Position numbers and translations under genes: made by a program. Below are positions 48,931 to 55,115 of a stretch of DNA of 55,115 bases, one piece after another. The notes beneath the pieces are model-generated. The model saw only the letters and a program-made list of their open reading frames with translations, did not search any database and was not told the origin of the DNA. Where the stretch lies: positions 1-55,115 of the forward strand of contig MQRK01211111.1 of NCBI GenBank assembly GCA_001938485.1. The letters are read 5' to 3'. The stretch comes from Girardia tigrina (Eukaryota). Within the stretch, counting starts at the first letter, position 1; each line of letters opens with the position of its first letter.

Positions 48931-51900
48931 AATGTCTATTTTTGAATGTAAATTGTAGAAAAAGTACAATAATTGTAGACTAAAAAGTTTCTCACAACGA
49001 AATAAGAAAAATCCCATATTTCCTATTGTCTCAGGTAAACTATAACAAATTGTCACCCACTACCAACGGTGTAGCGTATCGCATCTTCAATTAGCTCTTT
49101 ATACACCTTTTATATCTGAATTTTGTTATGAGTAGTGTCTTTTTATGCATCTATTACTAAATACAAAATTTTATTACACGAGTAGTGGTGAATTTAGTTT
49201 GGAAATCTATTGAAATATAAAATTTAAAATAATATAATAAACTTTAGTAATTCGTGTGAACTTAAAACAGCAGAAAAAAGAAGAGGTACCAAATGATAGT
49301 AAAAAGAGAACGTTGTTTAAGAGATCGTAAAACAAATAAAATACTTTAAATACTAATGCCAACAAAAATATAAAATTTTAATGATCGGATTGTTGTAAAA
49401 TAAATTGCCAATGATAATGTGGACTGTCAACACTAGAAAAATTAAACAAGAGCCCAATAAATTTGTCCAAGTCCAAATGTTAAATAGTCACATAGTCTGA
49501 GTAGTGTTTGTTGATCATTCTTTGGTAATCGGATATTTAGTTGGATCACAAAGAAAATAAACATTCAGTATCCTTCAAAAAGAAATCACAATATGGTAAA
49601 TTTTATAGCTTATTACTAATATTAATTTTTATCATTTGTATGGTAATTCTTTCTCGTAGCGATATTGATTTCTCTGAAGGATATTAATTCAAATTATTTT
49701 AATTAATATAAAATTTTATATATTCATTACATTTATACATATTATTTATCTCATAAATAGTCACCCGTCTAACTGTTGCCGCTTATAGAAAGGCTAGTCA
49801 GACGGGATTGAACGTATAAATAAATAAGTTAATAAATCAGAAATAAATACAATAAATATAAATATACTAAATACAATTAACGGTTGCTTATTTGGTAAGA
49901 CTTAATTAAATATAATGTAAAGGAAATATTACATAGAATATATAACACTCTAGTATGGCCCCTGCATGTGTATTAACACTTTTATGCCGATTTATTAACT
50001 TCATATACAAAAATTGGGTAAAATACTTTTTAGGTTTTACATATAAATTTGGACACAGCTTAAGACATTGACTGTACCTGACGGGCATACTAGGAATATC
50101 AACAAATATTAAAGATCATAAACATAAAAATACTTTTAAAAAGATGTTAACAGTCATTTAAAAAATTAATTTTATTGAAACATTTGTCACAAAAAATAAT
50201 TAAAAAAATTAAAACTCTTAAATTAAAATTTATTCAATTTTATTTTTGAACTCTTTAATAATCTCTAACAAATAGTATTTTCAATCCACGTAAATAAAAA
50301 TCTTATTTGTAGAACATATTTTACAATTGTGTGAAGAGAGATTAATTTGTTGATAAATAAGTAAAGAAATTCTAAATAAATTGTTATTAATTATTTAAAT
50401 ATAGAAATGTTAATTTTTTTCAATTTTGAAATTGAAAAAAAATGTGAATATTAAATAATCCGAGAATAATTTTTTTGAGAATATTTGAGATTTATTAAAA
50501 ATGAGGTCATGCATGAATAATTTTTAATTTTCACTTTATTTTTCTAAGAAACTTACGGAAATCGAATGAAGAAATAGAAAAATTTTCAGTTACGAAATTT
50601 TTTTTAAAATTAATTAATGCCTAAAGTAAAAAAAACAGCAATAAAGTTTGCACTTAAAAATTAAAAATAATTACTTTCAAAAAAGACAATTTATTTTCAA
50701 ATTCGATATTTTGGACGAAATTGTTACATTAAAATTAAATGATTATTAAATTAAAGCATTTAATTAAATTCTTAGAATAAAAAATTCTTATTTTTATTAT
50801 ATTATGGTTTACAATTCTCAATTTTAAGGTATTTGCATTTTTGTATATATTTTCTTTTTTAAAAAAATATTTAATAAAATAAAGAAATATAAAATGCAAT
50901 TAAAAAATCATATAGAGGAAGTGAGAGGAAATGAAACCCCTTTTTGAAAAAAACTAACTCAGTAGTAGTTAAGAAAGATTCATAAATTTTGTTTAAATCT
51001 TCAAAACGATTCGTCCAATCATACTACAGTATTTTAAAATTCAGATATGCATTTAATAATAATAATAAATTTTTAAACAATTTATAAAAAAAATGTTAAT
51101 GAGCATTCCAGTATGAAAATTATTTTGTTAAAAGAAAATTATTCTTTATTATTTGAAAAAAAGTAAATAAAATATTTTTACTGAATATAATAAAATATCG
51201 ATGTGACAATCGACCAATAAATGTGCAATTGAATATGATTGGACAATATTCATCGAAATGAATCAGAATCTTCTTCTAATAGGAATTTCACTATCAGATT
51301 TTGGTTTCTGTTTTTAAACATATTTCTTTAATTAAATGTAAATAATTATTAGGATTTTCATGTTATGTTGAATTTTTAACACAAATTACTAATTTAAAAT
51401 AATTTATAATTATTAGATATTTTTGATATTTACTTGTGATGAAAGATATTTTTCAATAATTATTTATTTAATAGTGTAAATATTTCAATCTCAAAATTTT
51501 CCAATTATCTCTTGATTGTTTTTAAATAAATGAAAAGAAAAAACAATTTCAAATAACATTTAGAAAATTAATATTTATATTTAGGTGAGAATAAAATAAT
51601 CAAATATTCATAAAATGATCTATAACGGGATCTTATAATCCATACTTGAACACATTAATAAAAATAAATACAATATTTAATGGAATAAATAATTAATTAG
51701 AAATAAAATAAGTCAATTATCCATGATTTGAATTAATTGATTATTATCGATTAACAAACACTCGGTTAACGTTTGTTCCGTCCTCTTCGTTGAAACAGTA
51801 GGACGATTTAGATTAAATAAATCAATATAGATAAACAAAAATATTAAGTACATCATAGAAACAAACAAACTTTTGAATACTGAAATTCGTCTTTGAAAAC

Positions 51901-52222
51901 TTATTTGAGAATAGAATAAAAATGCTTTTTGATTTTTTTCAATACATTTTTGAAATATTTAATAAAGAAAAGAAATAAATAAATAAAGAAATTATATTTC
52001 TCCATTTTTTTTAAAATAAAACTTTAAAGTATTTTTATTTTTTTTGTTAATAAATGAAAAGCGGATTTAACCTTAACATAACAATAATATTGCTAATTTT
52101 AATGAATAATTAAATTACTAAAAAGCAAATTTACAGAAAATTGTTTTGATTAAAAATGTTAATGCTTCCCAAGAAATTCAGTGACCAAAACAAATTTTGT
52201 TTACTGGCAAATAAAATGGTTA

Positions 52223-52225
<3 letters not shown>

Positions 52226-52266
<41 letters not shown>
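52226..52266. repeat. (ATT)n microsatellite
   Basis: Direct reading. Confidence 0.9.
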
Positions 52267-55074
52267 TTAGATATACACAAGTCTTATGCATCATGTTGAG
52301 GAGCTGACACCCGTGTTTTTTGGTTGTTTGTCCTCTTGACTTGTCGGTTCGGTGTGTTGGACATGTGGTGTGATTGATTTATTTATTATTTTTTTTATTT
52401 ATTATTATTTTTCTAAATTACTTAAATTATTCAATGGATATTAATATATGAAATTCAAAAAAAATCAATACTGATATCGATTAATTATTATTTTATTGTC
52501 GATAACTTTTCACCATTCTGTTTTTATTCAACTACCGATCATTCTTCTCATCCTACTGCAACCGAAGTTTTTTTTACTCAACGATCTATTTATCATTCAA
52601 TCTTACCAGATCTATTACTACAGTTAAAATTATACATCAAATTTATTCGAAGCTTTCTTTATATTACTGACTGCATCATTTGAAAAGAATAATCCTCAGA
52701 ACTTACTTTAATATTATCGAATAAAGTCAGATCAATCCTAATCTCATATCAAAATACACAAGTTTCGTCATAATTCAAAGCTTTGAAGATATTCGAAGAA
52801 GATTCGTCACCTGGTTTTGCAAAGTAATTGTGATTTTTCGGTTAACTGTCACTGTGATCGTATACTTTTGATTCTTTCCGTTTTGAGGGTTGTTTCTTAA
52901 TACATTTTATATTTTGTATTGTTATTTTTTTGAATATTATGTTAAGTTAGTGAAAATCCTTGTTTTTGCTGGGTTGATTCCACAATACAACTATTATTAC
53001 TATTATTATTATTATTATTGATGTTGTTGTTGTTCATTTACAAGTATTTTCCTTCGAAGTTTGTAATTTAGGGATTCTTTTCAAAGGTCTATTTAGTTTG
53101 CAACTGAAAAAGATTTATTTTTCAATTTATTCAGTTTTTCTTTTAGTTTATGTAGCATTTATTATCCTCTATTTTAAATGTTTACCGTGATTTTTTAAAA
53201 CTTGGAAATAATAACAGTTAACGTTTCTACAAGTTAATTTTCTGTTCGACCTTTATTCACCAATACCATGATTTTTCAAAAAAATTCTTTTCGATATAGG
53301 GAAAATATGATCAAGCAATATGATGGTTATTTGAGTAATCTATTTAAAACTGTCATTTTAATAAACTTTTTTTGCTAAATTTACTAATAAATTTAAAAAC
53401 AGCTGTTAGGAACAATGAGTTTGTTATTTTCTAACAGCATTTATTATTACAATAATGAGAGTTGTCTCCGTGATTGCCCTCGGAATATCGTTAAGAAGTT
53501 TACAAGTTGGTGAAATTATATTTTTATTTTCTAATTTTCTAAATCATGATTGTATGAAAAAAATTTTATCATATAATTAATTTTATAATTTTTGAATCGA
53601 GTTAATAATTTAACATTTTTTTATTTATCTTCAAAATTTATTGATCACTTAAACTTCATTAAAAATATTTATTAAATTTCATTATAGAGAAATATTTTTA
53701 AATATTATATATTTATATTCTAACCTTCGAAATTTATTTCATTAAAATTATTTATAAAACATATACAAATTTTAAATTATATCATAATTTTTTTAATTAT
53801 ATTTCATACATAAATCAAATAAATAAAAAGCATTTTTTTAGTAAAGGTTTTTTTTTATTTTGTAATATTTATAAATTATGTAAATTTTCAATTAATAAAT
53901 ATTTCTAACATTTATTTAATGATTCTTTAATTGAAACTGAATTGCATTAATTAAAAGAACTTTTTACTTTAAATAACCTTAGAAAATTAGAATATAATTA
54001 TAATAAATTAATTATAATAATGATAATGAATATTTCTTATAAAAAAGCAATAATTCTAATTACTAAAAGAAAAAATTTCCATTTAAATTTTTATTAATAT
54101 TCCCTATTTATTTATTATTATTCCCTATTATAAGAGTAAGATTAATAATATAAAAATTAGATATAAATATTTGTATAAAATATAAATAAAAATATTTAAA
54201 ATAAAATAAAATCAATATTTTCCTTTTAACAGAAATGATTCAAAGTAATTAAAATATTACATTTGCGTTGAATGTTTATAATAAACTCCTGAAAAAAGTT
54301 AATTGTTTTTTCAAAATTTAACATAGAAAACACATTTGTTTTCTTTAAATTGTTTTGTCTTCTGTTCAGATATTGGACAAAAAAATAAAACAGAGAAAAG
54401 AATGTCTTTAGGAATTAAATAATTTATTGTTTTTATTAATTTATTTTTTTCATAAATTCTGAATTTTATGTAATCGAAATTTCCTATTTATAAATTATTT
54501 ATAATTTACTTTGTAAAAAAGAATCAACATTATTTTTATTAAGTTCTTTCTTAATTCACTGTTTTTAATTTACTAACAACAAACAATTTTAATAATTTTA
54601 TATCAATGATTACTTTGCATAATTAATAATTATAAATTTGGAAAATTAATAAAAATATAATTAGTTTTGTTTCAAAATTCGTAAGTGTTTATGTAGAAAA
54701 AAATATTTAAAATAAAAGTTTAAATATAATTTCCAAAATGAGGTAAAAGAAATAAATTGAGTTTTTCCAAAAACTGAAGGATGCAAAGTTTTGAGATCAA
54801 ATAATAACTTTAAATCAAACGAGAATTTTATATCTAATAAACATTTCAAACTGAATGATATAAAATAATGAAAATTTGGAAAATTTATTACAGAAAAATA
54901 ATCGAGTAATTGAATTTAAATTATGCATCCATCCAAATATGGTATTTTGAAAAGGTATAAATATAGTTGTACTTGCAGCTAGACTTGTAAAGTATTATAG
55001 TCATAAATCTCATATTCGACTTGTGAAACATTGCGAGGCCATTTCAGCATGACAAAAATCAATAGCGGAACTTG

Positions 55075-55115
55075 TTACCGCTTTTTATTAGCTTGCTTTC
55101 TTGTCTGTTTGTCTG
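55075..55115 (+). mobile_element. 5' end of HINE-like element (runs off window)
   Basis: TTACCGCTTTTTATTAGCTTGCTTTCTTGTCTGTTTGTCTG, nearly identical to the reverse complement of 20184-20224. Confidence 0.65.

Noticed and set aside
1-55115. CRISPR arrays, tRNA/rRNA genes, operon-like prokaryotic systems
   Set aside because: No regularly spaced repeats or structural RNA signatures seen; spliceosomal exon and metazoan TEs indicate eukaryotic DNA.

Overview
Very AT-rich eukaryotic (invertebrate, planarian-like by composition and TE content; inference) genomic window with two 50-N scaffold gaps. It is mostly intronic or intergenic DNA full of decayed transposons. One clear host exon on the minus strand (2845-2971) encodes the conserved '[25 protein letters not shown]' motif of ZNF608/ZNF609/Scribbler(Brakeless); the rest of the window is probably its upstream introns or regulatory region. 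The dominant repeats are Penelope-like retroelements (PLEs): one long RT + GIY-YIG copy (22230-23867) and about ten truncated remnants. Several PLE 3' ends carry minimal type I hammerhead ribozymes, embedded in a recurrent cassette of TATA box, hammerhead 32-37 nt downstream, AATAAA, then AAAATGG(C)...TTGCCATT. Also present are fossils of Tigger/pogo, hAT, Tc1, maT-like and mariner transposons, helentron-like non-autonomous elements, a short dispersed repeat family, a decayed ZFPL1-like exon, and several CpG-rich non-coding islands. All family assignments come from manual translation and motif recall, not database searches.
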